A DNA stretch of 64,000 nucleotides from a virus: the IMG/VR virus record IMGVR_UViG_3300044957_000619; one strand, 5' to 3'. The notes beneath the pieces were generated by a model that made no database searches, was not told the origin of the DNA, and worked only from the letters and a program-made list of their open reading frames with translations. The position numbers and the translations under genes are program-made. Shown piece after piece: positions 31,629 to 40,700 of the stretch. Every line of letters begins with the position of its first letter. Within the stretch, counting starts at the first letter, position 1.

Positions 31629-32156
31629 TTATCTAACAACATATACAAACGTATATTTGTAATCAATACGGGTATTGGTTTGAACAACATAAAAGTGACA
31701 ACCAATACCCACATATTGAGCTGCAATCAATAAATTAGCATCATGTCCTGCAGATTTTTTCCATGATGCAATAATTTGATTTTTGCAATCATTGATATCT
31801 GTATTAGAAAAAGAAAATCCAGAACCAGAGCACCCTACAATCATATTTAAGTTTTCTGCTAAATACTGGTTGTTATTTAAATTAGAATGCGTATATTCTT
31901 TAGATGTAACCAATTGACAAGCATACTCATTAGCATAGTTAATCATACTAGTATCAGTAATTAATTCATTTAGTCCGCGTTGTACACGATATTGATTGAT
32001 CGATTTAATAAATTCAAGATTTAAACTATCGATATTTATTGATCGTACAACTGATAGTGATTTTTGAGAAATTTCTACAAATGGATTAAATGCACTAGAT
32101 TGTTGTGCACTTACGGAAAATGTAACTAAACTAATAGCAATTAATAAACGTTTCAT
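31629..32156 (-). CDS. Secreted CAP/SCP-domain protein
   Basis: Signal peptide ending ..VSAQ; INQYR..RGL..L...HS...AENL...W.KSAGH.ANLL...VGIG. Confidence 0.85.
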   Translation of the reverse strand: MKRLLIAISLVTFSVSAQQSSAFNPFVEISQKSLSVVRSINIDSLNLEFIKSINQYRVQRGLNELITDTSMINYANEYACQLVTSKEYTHSNLNNNQYLAENLNMIVGCSGSGFSFSNTDINDCKNQIIASWKKSAGHDANLLIAAQYVGIGCHFYVVQTNTRIDYKYTFVYVVR

Positions 32157-32223
32157 AGCTTTTAAAAATTTTATTTATATTTCTATAATATAAAATAAAA
32201 AATTAAAATCCAAATATTAATTA

Positions 32224-32781
32224 CTATTTTTTTACAAATCCATTCAAGAAATCTCGTTGTCGCTGTATTGCATCATCGAGTTTAGGATCATTTCGTTTTT
32301 TTCTAGTTCCCGTACTATTTCCATTAGTGCCAGATTCAACAGCATGTTTTGTTTTAACGTTAGATCGGGTTGACTCATTTCTTTTAGAATTTGATGCAGG
32401 TATGCGTTTGCTATTTGTAGACTCGCTTCGGCTTTCATTCGTTGTCCTTCTGGTGTCTGTAAAAAGTTCTGAATAAGTGCTTGAATGTCCGGTTTGGATG
32501 CGTCTCTTGATTTCATCTTGTCCAATAGATCTTGTTTCATCGATATCGATGCATCCGGTCGTATACGCTGTTTTATGCCCCTTGACTGAAATGCCGCATG
32601 GATATCGCGTATTATCCGATTCAACCAAATATTGAATGCCCCAAGAGCTTGTTTTAAACGTTTTAACATAACCATATTTTTTTGCACCTAACCAAGTAAA
32701 AAATACCGCATCATTGATTTTGAATTGAGGTTTTTCAAACTGTTTGATGATAGCATCGGGCGCTTGTTGTTTTTTTGCCAT
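32224..32781 (-). CDS. Hypothetical protein with SH3-like N-terminus and low-complexity C-terminus
   Basis: FKINDAVFF...KKYGYVK...QYLVE; S/T/R/N-rich tail. Confidence 0.7.
   Translation of the reverse strand: MAKKQQAPDAIIKQFEKPQFKINDAVFFTWLGAKKYGYVKTFKTSSWGIQYLVESDNTRYPCGISVKGHKTAYTTGCIDIDETRSIGQDEIKRRIQTGHSSTYSELFTDTRRTTNESRSESTNSKRIPASNSKRNESTRSNVKTKHAVESGTNGNSTGTRKKRNDPKLDDAIQRQRDFLNGFVKK
32244..32540 (-). CDS. Candidate overprinted helical protein in an alternative frame (start uncertain; frame open from 32687)
   Basis: This frame is preferentially conserved between the two duplicate copies. Confidence 0.5.
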   Translation of the reverse strand: MKQDLLDKMKSRDASKPDIQALIQNFLQTPEGQRMKAEASLQIANAYLHQILKEMSQPDLTLKQNMLLNLALMEIVRELEKNEMILNSMMQYSDNEIS

Positions 32782-32787
32782 TATAAA

Positions 32788-33273
32788 TTAATTAAGACAC
32801 ATTGAATTTGCGTAATTAATGATTCGAAATACGCGGATATATCTCGTTGTTTTATCTTTGCGAAACATTTTTTCTGTTGACAAGTCTCGTTGCAGGATGT
32901 AACCAGATTCTGCAAATTTATATACAACGTGCCTAACAGCTCGTAAGCTATTAGATTCAATCATAATATTTTCATCATCAATCATTACATCGACGAACTC
33001 TATATTATTATCAGAAGTTGGTAGTTCGTCGATGGTTGTTGATTGAGGTGGTGCAGGAGTTGCTGCATATTGATCTAAATTATCTCGAACTTCTGCAAAA
33101 AATGAAGATAAATCTAATCCTTTAATTTGTAATGTAGTTGCATCAAAGGTATCAAATAGCCAACGTAATTGTTCCGATGCATGCATCGTTTTGATAATTG
33201 AATATTTAGCTTTTGATACAAAAATTTTGTTAAAGATTGTTTGCACGAGGCCTCCTTTTTTGTTTAATAACAA
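32788..33273 (-). CDS. Hypothetical protein
   Basis: 161 aa ORF; start uncertain. Confidence 0.6.
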   Translation of the reverse strand: MLLNKKGGLVQTIFNKIFVSKAKYSIIKTMHASEQLRWLFDTFDATTLQIKGLDLSSFFAEVRDNLDQYAATPAPPQSTTIDELPTSDNNIEFVDVMIDDENIMIESNSLRAVRHVVYKFAESGYILQRDLSTEKMFRKDKTTRYIRVFRIINYANSMCLN

Positions 33274-33418
33274 ATAATTGATCGATCTCTGCAGCAGGCA
33301 ACTGTTTTATTATGCATATTTTTTCTCGAGCTTCGTTTATATTAGAAGCTATTACGCTTCCAATAATTTCTTGTGTCGTATCCGTTTTAAAAAAATATAC
33401 GTATGTTGCGTTACGCAT
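33230..33418 (-). CDS. Hypothetical protein
   Basis: 62 aa; late motif at 33433-33440. Confidence 0.6.
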   Translation of the reverse strand: MRNATYVYFFKTDTTQEIIGSVIASNINEAREKICIIKQLPAAEIDQLFVIKQKRRPRANNL

Positions 33419-33430
33419 GATGCAATTTTA

Positions 33431-33823
33431 TTATAAATATAAACCTAATTCGTATCTTCGAATTGTTACATCCAATGCATCTGATAATGTTTGGGATAAT
33501 TTACCAATTTCGTGTTTACATAATATCAAAGTTCTACCTTTAACATCAACAGGAAACGCATCGTGTTTGTTAGGTTTACTTGCATAAACATTATCTGATA
33601 ATGTACTAATAGCTTTTGAATATGCAATCAAATCTTTATAGCGCATTGCAATCTTTTGATTAAAAATTATCAAATGCCCAATTAAACATTCCATTGGTTC
33701 TGTTTTAAAATTTTTTTCGGATAATTTTGATTCAATTTCAAAATCCATATTAGCCCATGTTTCGCCGTAACGGTTAATGAATTTTTCTGAAATAGCCCAA
33801 GGCCGATTAATACTGTTTGTCAT
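33431..33823 (-). CDS. Hypothetical protein
   Basis: 130 aa ORF within an operon. Confidence 0.65.
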   Translation of the reverse strand: MTNSINRPWAISEKFINRYGETWANMDFEIESKLSEKNFKTEPMECLIGHLIIFNQKIAMRYKDLIAYSKAISTLSDNVYASKPNKHDAFPVDVKGRTLILCKHEIGKLSQTLSDALDVTIRRYELGLYL

Positions 33824-33827
33824 AGTT

Positions 33828-34493
33828 TTATTGTAATTTATAAATTAATACTGTATATACGTCTTTTGAATAATTGCATCGAATGTTAACAAATTGATAT
33901 TTTTCAATTAACATGTCCATAACCAGGCCTGGATGTACATAAAAAAATCCGTCATGATGATACGTGTTTATTGGATTCATTAAATTGAATGAAACTACTT
34001 GAGTTGATAAATTATATAACGTATCAATATCCGTAAATAATTTGCGTAAATCATCATCTTCTGTTTCACAACGTCGTTGCGTAAACACCCCAGAAGCAAC
34101 AACCCATTCGCGTTTATCCAATTTAGCAGTTTCGAATGCACCAACTTTAACATCAGTTAAGCCCCATTTTTCTTCGCCTAACTGCACCATAACGGGATTA
34201 TGGTCTATGGCACTATATAATACCACGTCATTATTTAACGCAGCCAAATCGCGTGCTACTCCATATATGTCACAACGACCACATCCGATATCTAGTAATG
34301 ATCCGCCACTATATCCAACAAGTAAATTTTGCATTAAAAAACGTTGTTCGGTAGTAGTATTATATCCTACCGGTATTGGACTATGCATCATATATTCTGG
34401 ATCATTAGGTTGTAATACATCCCAACGATTCATTTCGGCATCTGAATTTATTAAATTATCCATGATGCTTTGTTTTAACTGTTCTTTATCCAT
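33828..34493 (-). CDS. Class I SAM-dependent methyltransferase
   Basis: SLLDIGCGRCD, YSAID, VVASGVF. Confidence 0.8.
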   Translation of the reverse strand: MDKEQLKQSIMDNLINSDAEMNRWDVLQPNDPEYMMHSPIPVGYNTTTEQRFLMQNLLVGYSGGSLLDIGCGRCDIYGVARDLAALNNDVVLYSAIDHNPVMVQLGEEKWGLTDVKVGAFETAKLDKREWVVASGVFTQRRCETEDDDLRKLFTDIDTLYNLSTQVVSFNLMNPINTYHHDGFFYVHPGLVMDMLIEKYQFVNIRCNYSKDVYTVLIYKLQ

Positions 34494-34767
34494 GGATTCT
34501 ATTTGATATTCGTTCTTTATTTTGCAATTTTTTATGTTCGGATATCATTGCCTTTAAAGGATGTGTACGATTAATACTTTGTTCTACTTGAACAAATTGA
34601 GATATAACGCGCCATGCTTCTGATTCTGTATCGGAACCTGGTATCATAAATACTTCATGTAAACATACATCGCCATGAACTATATAATATTCTCCAGTAC
34701 AATCCATTTCGCAAACGCAACCAGGATAACGTTTTTGAACTTGTTTTTTCAAACTTTCAATTGACAT
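34486..34767 (-). CDS. Hypothetical protein
   Basis: 93 aa, translationally coupled. Confidence 0.6.
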   Translation of the reverse strand: MSIESLKKQVQKRYPGCVCEMDCTGEYYIVHGDVCLHEVFMIPGSDTESEAWRVISQFVQVEQSINRTHPLKAMISEHKKLQNKERISNRIHG

Positions 34768-34770
34768 TAT

Positions 34771-35046
34771 TTACGATTTAGTAATTGGCAATGCATCATC
34801 TGCTAATAACTGCTTGTACGGAATAGTTGTTTGAATCATATCCGTATCACATAACATAGTTGTTAAATGCTTATTAAGATATGTTGAATGTTTTGAATTT
34901 GTAGTAATTATACAAGCTGCAGATCGATTTTCTAATAACACATCATATACAATGGCTTTATTAATCAAATATTGATCTAATACTACTCCTACGCGATTTA
35001 CTCCATCTTGAGTAACAACGACAGTACGTCCTGGTCGATATGCCAT
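34771..35046 (-). CDS. Hypothetical SH3-like protein
   Basis: YRPGRTVVV...RVGVV...YDVLLE. Confidence 0.6.
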   Translation of the reverse strand: MAYRPGRTVVVTQDGVNRVGVVLDQYLINKAIVYDVLLENRSAACIITTNSKHSTYLNKHLTTMLCDTDMIQTTIPYKQLLADDALPITKS

Positions 35047-35255
35047 TATTCGATAATTTTAATGATTTTACTTGCTGAAACTGATTTAACTTCAAAATCA
35101 AAAGTATAACCTTTAAATTCTTCAACAACCTTAGCCTCTGCCTCAGTTACCGAAAGTGCTTCTACAAGATACGTTTCGGTTGTTTTCTTTTCTTTTGTGC
35201 CTTTAGGCGTATCAATTGTATCAATCAATTGAACTTTTGCTGTGTAATACGACAT
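35046..35255 (-). CDS. DUF4494-like protein (Bacteroidota family)
   Basis: KKTTETYLVEALSVTEAEAKVVEE...FEVKSV. Confidence 0.75.
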   Translation of the reverse strand: MSYYTAKVQLIDTIDTPKGTKEKKTTETYLVEALSVTEAEAKVVEEFKGYTFDFEVKSVSASKIIKIIE

Positions 35256-35319
35256 TTTTTTATTTTTTATGGTTTATAACTATATTTGTAATATAATAAA
35301 TTAAATTGAAATATCAAAA

Positions 35320-36129
35320 TTATTTCTTATGTAAACGTTTTTGTTTTTTATGCATTTCATATGATTTTTCAATTTGTTTATCATTTAATTTAAAATTAAC
35401 AAATAAATTATCTAAAATATCTGCAATTAATCTTTGTTTTTCTGCTGCAGAATATTTCTTTTTACTAATTGATGAAATCAATTGTTCTAAATGTTTAATA
35501 TATTGGCTAGGTACCTTTTTTAATATCCTTGATTTTTCTATATTAACAACATGAGTATCATGACGTTTTTCAGAAATTAACTGTTTAGCAATTTTTGCAG
35601 ATTCTGATAAAATATCTCCATATTTAACAGTCCATGATAAGTCGGGTGGTGGACCGCCCATGGGTAAACCGCCAGCGGCACCACTTGACGCGCCAGAGGC
35701 TCCGGATTCTTTTTCGGCGTTTTTTTCATCTTCTTTGCCAAAACCCGCAATATCTTCAAGTGGTAATTGCAATTCGAGTGTATACGAATCATCTCGACCC
35801 CAGCCCGTATATGGTACTATTTTAATTAATTTATCTCGTAATAATTTTAAAAGTATTGCTGGCGTTAAATTAAAATCTTTACCACTTCTAGCAATAAATT
35901 CTCGTATGCCAATATCAGAAATGGAGTATAATATACCCATTTGTTGTGATCCATATGCATCAAACTTTCCTAAAAAGCGTTTTTCAGCCGGAGTAAATGG
36001 CGATTCTCCACCAGATGTATTAATATCATCTGTTTCTATAGATGTTTTGCCAGCAACAGCAGCGTCGGCTTGCTCTTTAAGCATGGCTCGCAATGTATGA
36101 TATACTAATATTTCTTGTTGTTTTTGCAT
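35320..36129 (-). CDS. Hypothetical late protein
   Basis: 269 aa; MLKE/LSE/ISE motifs. Confidence 0.7.
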   Translation of the reverse strand: MQKQQEILVYHTLRAMLKEQADAAVAGKTSIETDDINTSGGESPFTPAEKRFLGKFDAYGSQQMGILYSISDIGIREFIARSGKDFNLTPAILLKLLRDKLIKIVPYTGWGRDDSYTLELQLPLEDIAGFGKEDEKNAEKESGASGASSGAAGGLPMGGPPPDLSWTVKYGDILSESAKIAKQLISEKRHDTHVVNIEKSRILKKVPSQYIKHLEQLISSISKKKYSAAEKQRLIADILDNLFVNFKLNDKQIEKSYEMHKKQKRLHKK

Positions 36130-36314
36130 TATTCTGATTTAGATTCTGCTAATTGAGTTGAACGATACTTACTGGCTAATTTTTTAACTTCATTGATTGC
36201 TTTACGTGCTCTAACGCCCGCAGCCTTTACCCCTTTGTCGGTAAATCTTTCGTGATTTTCTTTAAATACTAACCAATGTTGTTCGATTTGATCAAAAATT
36301 TCTTGTGATGTCAT
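36129..36314 (-). CDS. Small basic histone H1-like (Hc1-like) protein
   Basis: KGVKAAGVRARKA..EVKKLA..YR; likely start MTSQEIF. Confidence 0.65.
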   Translation of the reverse strand: MTSQEIFDQIEQHWLVFKENHERFTDKGVKAAGVRARKAINEVKKLASKYRSTQLAESKSE

Positions 36315-36348
36315 GTTAACCTTTTTTATTTTTATATAAAAATTTACA

Positions 36349-36558
36349 TTAAACAAAACGATCCATTAAAATATGAATGTTTTCGTTGCGTATCTTTAAT
36401 TTTCCATAATCAGACAGTTCTAGTATTACATCTTCACCGTCTTGACGTATTTGCATGATATGATTTTTATTAATAAACCGTAATTCTGGCTCGTTTTTTT
36501 CATGCTTACCATGTAATTCAATTACATACAATGCCAAAAACTCTGGTTTTGTTATCAT
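36349..36558 (-). CDS. Hypothetical protein
   Basis: 69 aa, coupled to the upstream gene. Confidence 0.6.
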   Translation of the reverse strand: MITKPEFLALYVIELHGKHEKNEPELRFINKNHIMQIRQDGEDVILELSDYGKLKIRNENIHILMDRFV

Positions 36559-37142
36559 TAATCACCAGTCCATTCAGCTCCGCCCATATACCCTGGTTTT
36601 CTGCTAGGAATAGTCGCTCCACTTAAACTACCCATACCCATTGGACTTGTTGATTGAGCCATTTTTTGAGTTTCAATATTTAAACGCATCATTTTAGCAG
36701 AATTATCTCGAGCGTATTGCATTAATGCCATTTTTAAAGATTCTGGTTCTGTACTCGTTGCTCCGACTGTTTTTGCAATAAAATCTTGAAGTTGCTTAGT
36801 ATTTTTAAAACGAGTTTCATCAAATATAATATCAAAAATACCACGTGCATATGTTAATGCACTCTTGTCTACAGATTTTGCATAATCGGCCGTATATTTA
36901 CTTATATCGATTCGATTTGTAATAGCATCAGGAATTTCAAGCCATTCTGATTCTGCATATTCAGCTGCAAAATCTGCACCCATTTCGTTGTTTACGCTAG
37001 ATAATAGCTCTTCTCGTTGCTGAATAGTTAAACGTTTCCAAATGTCAGCTTCATTATATTCTCGTAAAATTCTACGAGCTCTAATTAGTTCTTCTTTAAG
37101 AATTTGTACATGTTTAGAATTTTTAATATCAAAAATTTTCAT
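36558..37142 (-). CDS. Hypothetical late protein
   Basis: 194 aa; ILKEE/ILRE leader. Confidence 0.65.
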   Translation of the reverse strand: MKIFDIKNSKHVQILKEELIRARRILREYNEADIWKRLTIQQREELLSSVNNEMGADFAAEYAESEWLEIPDAITNRIDISKYTADYAKSVDKSALTYARGIFDIIFDETRFKNTKQLQDFIAKTVGATSTEPESLKMALMQYARDNSAKMMRLNIETQKMAQSTSPMGMGSLSGATIPSRKPGYMGGAEWTGD

Positions 37143-37513
37143 GATAAATTTTCCAATTTATATAATGTTGAATAAATCAAATCTTTAAACGCATCTAGCT
37201 GATTAATGATGTTTGTATCTTCTTTTGGAAATTTTGCATACATTCTTTCTAAAAATGTAGCTAATGCTTTAAAATACTTTATTGTAGTATCTGCAGAATA
37301 ATCATCAAACCGTTCTGCTGGTTCATAACCCGTAATAATACCATGTTTTCCTTGATATGATTCAACTAATGCATCTACCATATCTGGTATTGCATCGTAA
37401 TATTTATTTAATGCTTTATGTGCAGCAAATGACCCTGGGCCTTTTGTTTGCCAATGAAATATATGAGCTTGATCTCTTGATGCCATTAATGTAGAAACTA
37501 ATTTTTCAAACAT
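37139..37513 (-). CDS. Ferritin/Dps-like phage protein (DUF5856-like)
   Basis: QAHIFHWQT....AAHKAL..YYD....VDALVESYQG. Confidence 0.75.
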   Translation of the reverse strand: MFEKLVSTLMASRDQAHIFHWQTKGPGSFAAHKALNKYYDAIPDMVDALVESYQGKHGIITGYEPAERFDDYSADTTIKYFKALATFLERMYAKFPKEDTNIINQLDAFKDLIYSTLYKLENLS

Positions 37514-37541
37514 TATGTTTTCCTTTTAATATAAATATATG

Positions 37542-39017
37542 TTATTCAAATTCTATTTCAAATTTATTAGTCCAATCCGATGCACGACTATGATCTTCAG
37601 CTCGACCCGTACCACCTGCATTAAGATTTACAAAATACGTTGCTGCAGCTGTTTTACTAGTAAATTTTGGCAATACGTCAGCTGGTTTATTCTTTGTAAA
37701 AAATGCAATTGCAATTTCTGAAGCAACTTCTGGATCATTAGCTTGTTCTGGATCGCCTACTAAATCTTTACCAATAATACTACCATACTTTTGATAGTTA
37801 TCCTTAAATGTTAGACCATTAAATCCTCTTCCTCGATACAAATATCCTTCATCTGGGGCATTTCCAAATCGACCTCCATACACGCGATTAAAGAAAGCTT
37901 CATCATCTGCCTTTAATGTATTTAATTCGTCATCGTCTGCAGGTACTCTGTTTCCAAATATTTCGCGAATTCGATTATTCGGCGTGCCGCCGTATCCAAT
38001 TTCATCCTGAGGAATAAACCCAGATTCTTTTCCAATAACAGATAATATTCCTATTTGCGTAAATGGATTAGTAATACCCTTTTCATTCATATAGGCAATT
38101 AAAAGTTCAATATTATCAGCTTGATCTGCCGCTAATCCGCTAGGAATAATTACTTTGCCTTTAGTTGATATTTGTTTTTTAGGTTTCGCAATTCGCAATG
38201 CGTCCATTGTTTCATCATCGATAACTTCAGATGCATTAAGACCATGTTTCATTTTGAAATCAGTTATCGCTTCGATTGTAGATGAACCAAATTCCATGGT
38301 AAGTATTTCAGATGAATCAATATCATATCCCAATCGTTGTAAGAATTTATGTACATCTTCCATAATTATGCCAATATATCCCGGCGTTAAATGTAATTCA
38401 TCATCTTCTACTTTTTCTTCTTCCGCATCAACATTAATTGAATTATCTAAATCATTTAATATTTCCAACATTTCATCATATAATATAATGTGAGCTGGAC
38501 GATCCAAATGTACATTTGTTTTGTCAAAAAATACATCATCTGTAAACGAATCAGTTAATAATACATAATCAGCATGTTTACGAATCCAATTATCAGTTTC
38601 TAAATCATCTGCTAACGTAAAATCAATATTTAATTTTTTCTTAATAGTTGGTTTAATAAATCGTACGGACGGAATAGTATTTAGTACTACGGGTATATTA
38701 AGAGATTTGCAATATTCGATTATTCTCCGAAGATTATCAATTATACTATGAACTTCTTGATTTTTATTTTTTTCGTATATGCCGCGCGTAAATATAACAA
38801 CTAAATCATAATGTGTCGACACATGATGTATTACAAGATCTTTAAGTTGTTTGACGCTACCTTTATCAGCAGTACGTATATCTCCAGTGATTACTTGATT
38901 ATTGATTAATTGTCGAGCAAAACCACGTCGGCGATCTAAATCATTATCAGTAACAAACAATACATGTAATTTATCTGATAGTTTTGTTTCTAATAAAAGT
39001 GTTTTTAAACGTATCAT
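37542..39017 (-). CDS. Lysin with SGNH-like, peptidoglycan-binding and GH19 domains
   Basis: GH19 motifs KESG, VYGGRFGN, YRGRGFNGLT..NY; PG-binding motif FL..LGY...FG..T..AI..F...HGL. Confidence 0.85.
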   Translation of the reverse strand: MIRLKTLLLETKLSDKLHVLFVTDNDLDRRRGFARQLINNQVITGDIRTADKGSVKQLKDLVIHHVSTHYDLVVIFTRGIYEKNKNQEVHSIIDNLRRIIEYCKSLNIPVVLNTIPSVRFIKPTIKKKLNIDFTLADDLETDNWIRKHADYVLLTDSFTDDVFFDKTNVHLDRPAHIILYDEMLEILNDLDNSINVDAEEEKVEDDELHLTPGYIGIIMEDVHKFLQRLGYDIDSSEILTMEFGSSTIEAITDFKMKHGLNASEVIDDETMDALRIAKPKKQISTKGKVIIPSGLAADQADNIELLIAYMNEKGITNPFTQIGILSVIGKESGFIPQDEIGYGGTPNNRIREIFGNRVPADDDELNTLKADDEAFFNRVYGGRFGNAPDEGYLYRGRGFNGLTFKDNYQKYGSIIGKDLVGDPEQANDPEVASEIAIAFFTKNKPADVLPKFTSKTAAATYFVNLNAGGTGRAEDHSRASDWTNKFEIEFE

Positions 39018-39160
39018 TTTCCTTGAGCTACATACGGGTTAACGTAATTTTTACTTGATTTATTTAAGCTTTGTTTAGATTTTGCATGAACTCCCGGACG
39101 TTTTACTTTTGGACGACGCACGTGCATTGATGTTGCAGATATTTTTGCCTTCGCTGCCAT
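39014..39160 (-). CDS. Small basic protein (48 aa, not in track)
   Basis: MAAKAKISATSMHVRRPKVKRPGVHAK...YVAQGK; ATGA overlap with the lysin. Confidence 0.65.
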   Translation of the reverse strand: MAAKAKISATSMHVRRPKVKRPGVHAKSKQSLNKSSKNYVNPYVAQGK

Positions 39161-39162
39161 TA

Positions 39163-39552
39163 TTAATACTCCAAATTGGTTAATATATCATCTGATAATA
39201 TTTTTTTTGCATTTTCAATAACAATATCATCCATGCTAATTTCTGGATTCTGTTCATGTAAAGATTGAATATCAGCAATATATGTACAAATTGCATTCAT
39301 TAATACCATAGCATTTGTTTGCATCATATTTTTAGCATCAGCATTACCAATTTCTGTTTGATTAAATGCAGCTTCTAAATCCGATTTACATTTTTCGCAA
39401 ACTGTACTTAAAGTAGATAATGATTGTTTAGTTAAATCATCTTCTTCAGTTAAATTTTTACGGTGCTGTGCCTCTACTTCTGCCAACGTTGGTAATCCTT
39501 TACTAGGTTTGCGTTCCCAAGCATATCCTTCTAATAATGGTTTTAATTTCAT
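39163..39552 (-). CDS. Hypothetical late protein with YAWER motif
   Basis: MKLKPLLEGYAWERKPSKGLPTLAEV. Confidence 0.7.
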   Translation of the reverse strand: MKLKPLLEGYAWERKPSKGLPTLAEVEAQHRKNLTEEDDLTKQSLSTLSTVCEKCKSDLEAAFNQTEIGNADAKNMMQTNAMVLMNAICTYIADIQSLHEQNPEISMDDIVIENAKKILSDDILTNLEY

Positions 39553-39641
39553 CGATGTCCTTTAATAATTTCATATATGCTATATAACGCAGCAATAATC
39601 ATTGCAATGCTACCCTGTATAAAAGCAAATAACCTATTCAT
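39549..39641 (-). CDS. 30-aa single-TM peptide (not in track); possible holin-like
   Basis: MNRLFAFIQGSIAMIIAALYSIYEIIKGHR; late motif directly upstream; first gene of the run leading to the lysin. Confidence 0.45.
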   Translation of the reverse strand: MNRLFAFIQGSIAMIIAALYSIYEIIKGHR

Positions 39642-39673
39642 ATTAATAAATATTGCTAGTACATTTTTACAGT

Positions 39674-39697
39674 AAAAAAGCGCGCCATAAGACGCAC
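39674..39697 (-). terminator. Intrinsic terminator
   Basis: GTGCGTC-TTAT-GGCGCGC followed by T6 on the minus strand. Confidence 0.75.
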
Positions 39698-39742
39698 TCT
39701 TAAACATTTGTCTTGAAATGTTATGCCTAAAGTAGCAGGCGC

Positions 39743-39958
39743 CTATTTGCGAAATGCTTCGCGAAGTATGTATTCATGGCCATGCAAATTGCCTTTAGCA
39801 CGGTTCCAAAAAGATTCCGTCATTGCATCTTTAGGTTTATTATATGCAGCATCATATGGTTCCACTCCAGTTGCTGAAACATGCATCGAATGTGTTTCAT
39901 CATCACCATATTCATTTACGGAATCTTTGTTTTGCTTTGTCTTGCTTACGTCTATCAA
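39743..39958 (-). CDS. Hypothetical protein
   Basis: 71 aa, followed by a terminator. Confidence 0.55.
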   Translation of the reverse strand: MIDVSKTKQNKDSVNEYGDDETHSMHVSATGVEPYDAAYNKPKDAMTESFWNRAKGNLHGHEYILREAFRK

Positions 39959-40268
39959 GTTCTTGTTCTAATTCTCTAATATCATCTTTAGTACCATCAA
40001 ATCGTCGCAATGTTACAATCATATCACGCAATGCATCATCAGAATATTCTGCAAAACGTTCTTGAAATGATGCACCTTCCTTCATATTCTTAGCAGCATC
40101 TTTCATTGGCTCTTCCGTATCACCATCTTTATCTAAATCTAAAAAATCAGGCTTCGAAGCTTTGTTGCGTTGGTACTCGGCTTGAACTTCAGCCAATGTA
40201 GGTAAAGGCTGACCGGGACGTCGTTCCCAGGCATACACCTCCGACAAAATATCCTTAAGTTTTTTCAT
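39912..40268 (-). CDS. Hypothetical late protein with YAWER motif and EF-hand-like DLDKDGD
   Basis: MKKLKDILSEVYAWERRPGQPLPTLAEV...DFLDLDKDGDTEEPMK. Confidence 0.7.
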   Translation of the reverse strand: MKKLKDILSEVYAWERRPGQPLPTLAEVQAEYQRNKASKPDFLDLDKDGDTEEPMKDAAKNMKEGASFQERFAEYSDDALRDMIVTLRRFDGTKDDIRELEQELDRRKQDKAKQRFRK

Positions 40269-40361
40269 AATATACCTTTTTAAAATAAATATTGCAACGC
40301 CTAATAAACTAGTACGTTAGTACGCCCGTTTGACTCATCGAGCGTCCTTTCAGGCCGGCAC

Positions 40362-40700
40362 TCATGATTTTTTGGTGAATGTTAAAGTTACTCCCCAACC
40401 GACCGTAATTTCAATTTTCGATTCACCTTGCTTAATTGCAGTAACGAGCTTGTTTAAATCGGCAATATCTATTTCTTCTGTTTGATCGGCATTGGTTGAT
40501 ACATAGTATTTTTTTTCTTTTTTCCAAATAGACGTTATGCCAACCGGCCCGTTATATGTTAGTGACGACATGGTAACGCGATACGTGACAACGTTCCCAT
40601 CCCATGATGCTTGTATGGGGCCGCCGGCGGGATTAGCAGCTTTAAGTGTTACTCCATTGATGTTGATTGATTCGATTAATAAACGTTTTAATTGTATCAT
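40362..40700 (-). CDS. Hypothetical late protein
   Basis: Likely start MIQLKRLLIE at 40700, just after the late motif at 40705-40712. Confidence 0.7.
   Translation of the reverse strand: MIQLKRLLIESININGVTLKAANPAGGPIQASWDGNVVTYRVTMSSLTYNGPVGITSIWKKEKKYYVSTNADQTEEIDIADLNKLVTAIKQGESKIEITVGWGVTLTFTKKS

Noticed and set aside
29328-32452. Duplicated segment as a DGR template/variable repeat pair
   Set aside because: Mismatches involve all four bases in both directions and are not adenine-specific; no reverse transcriptase is in the window.
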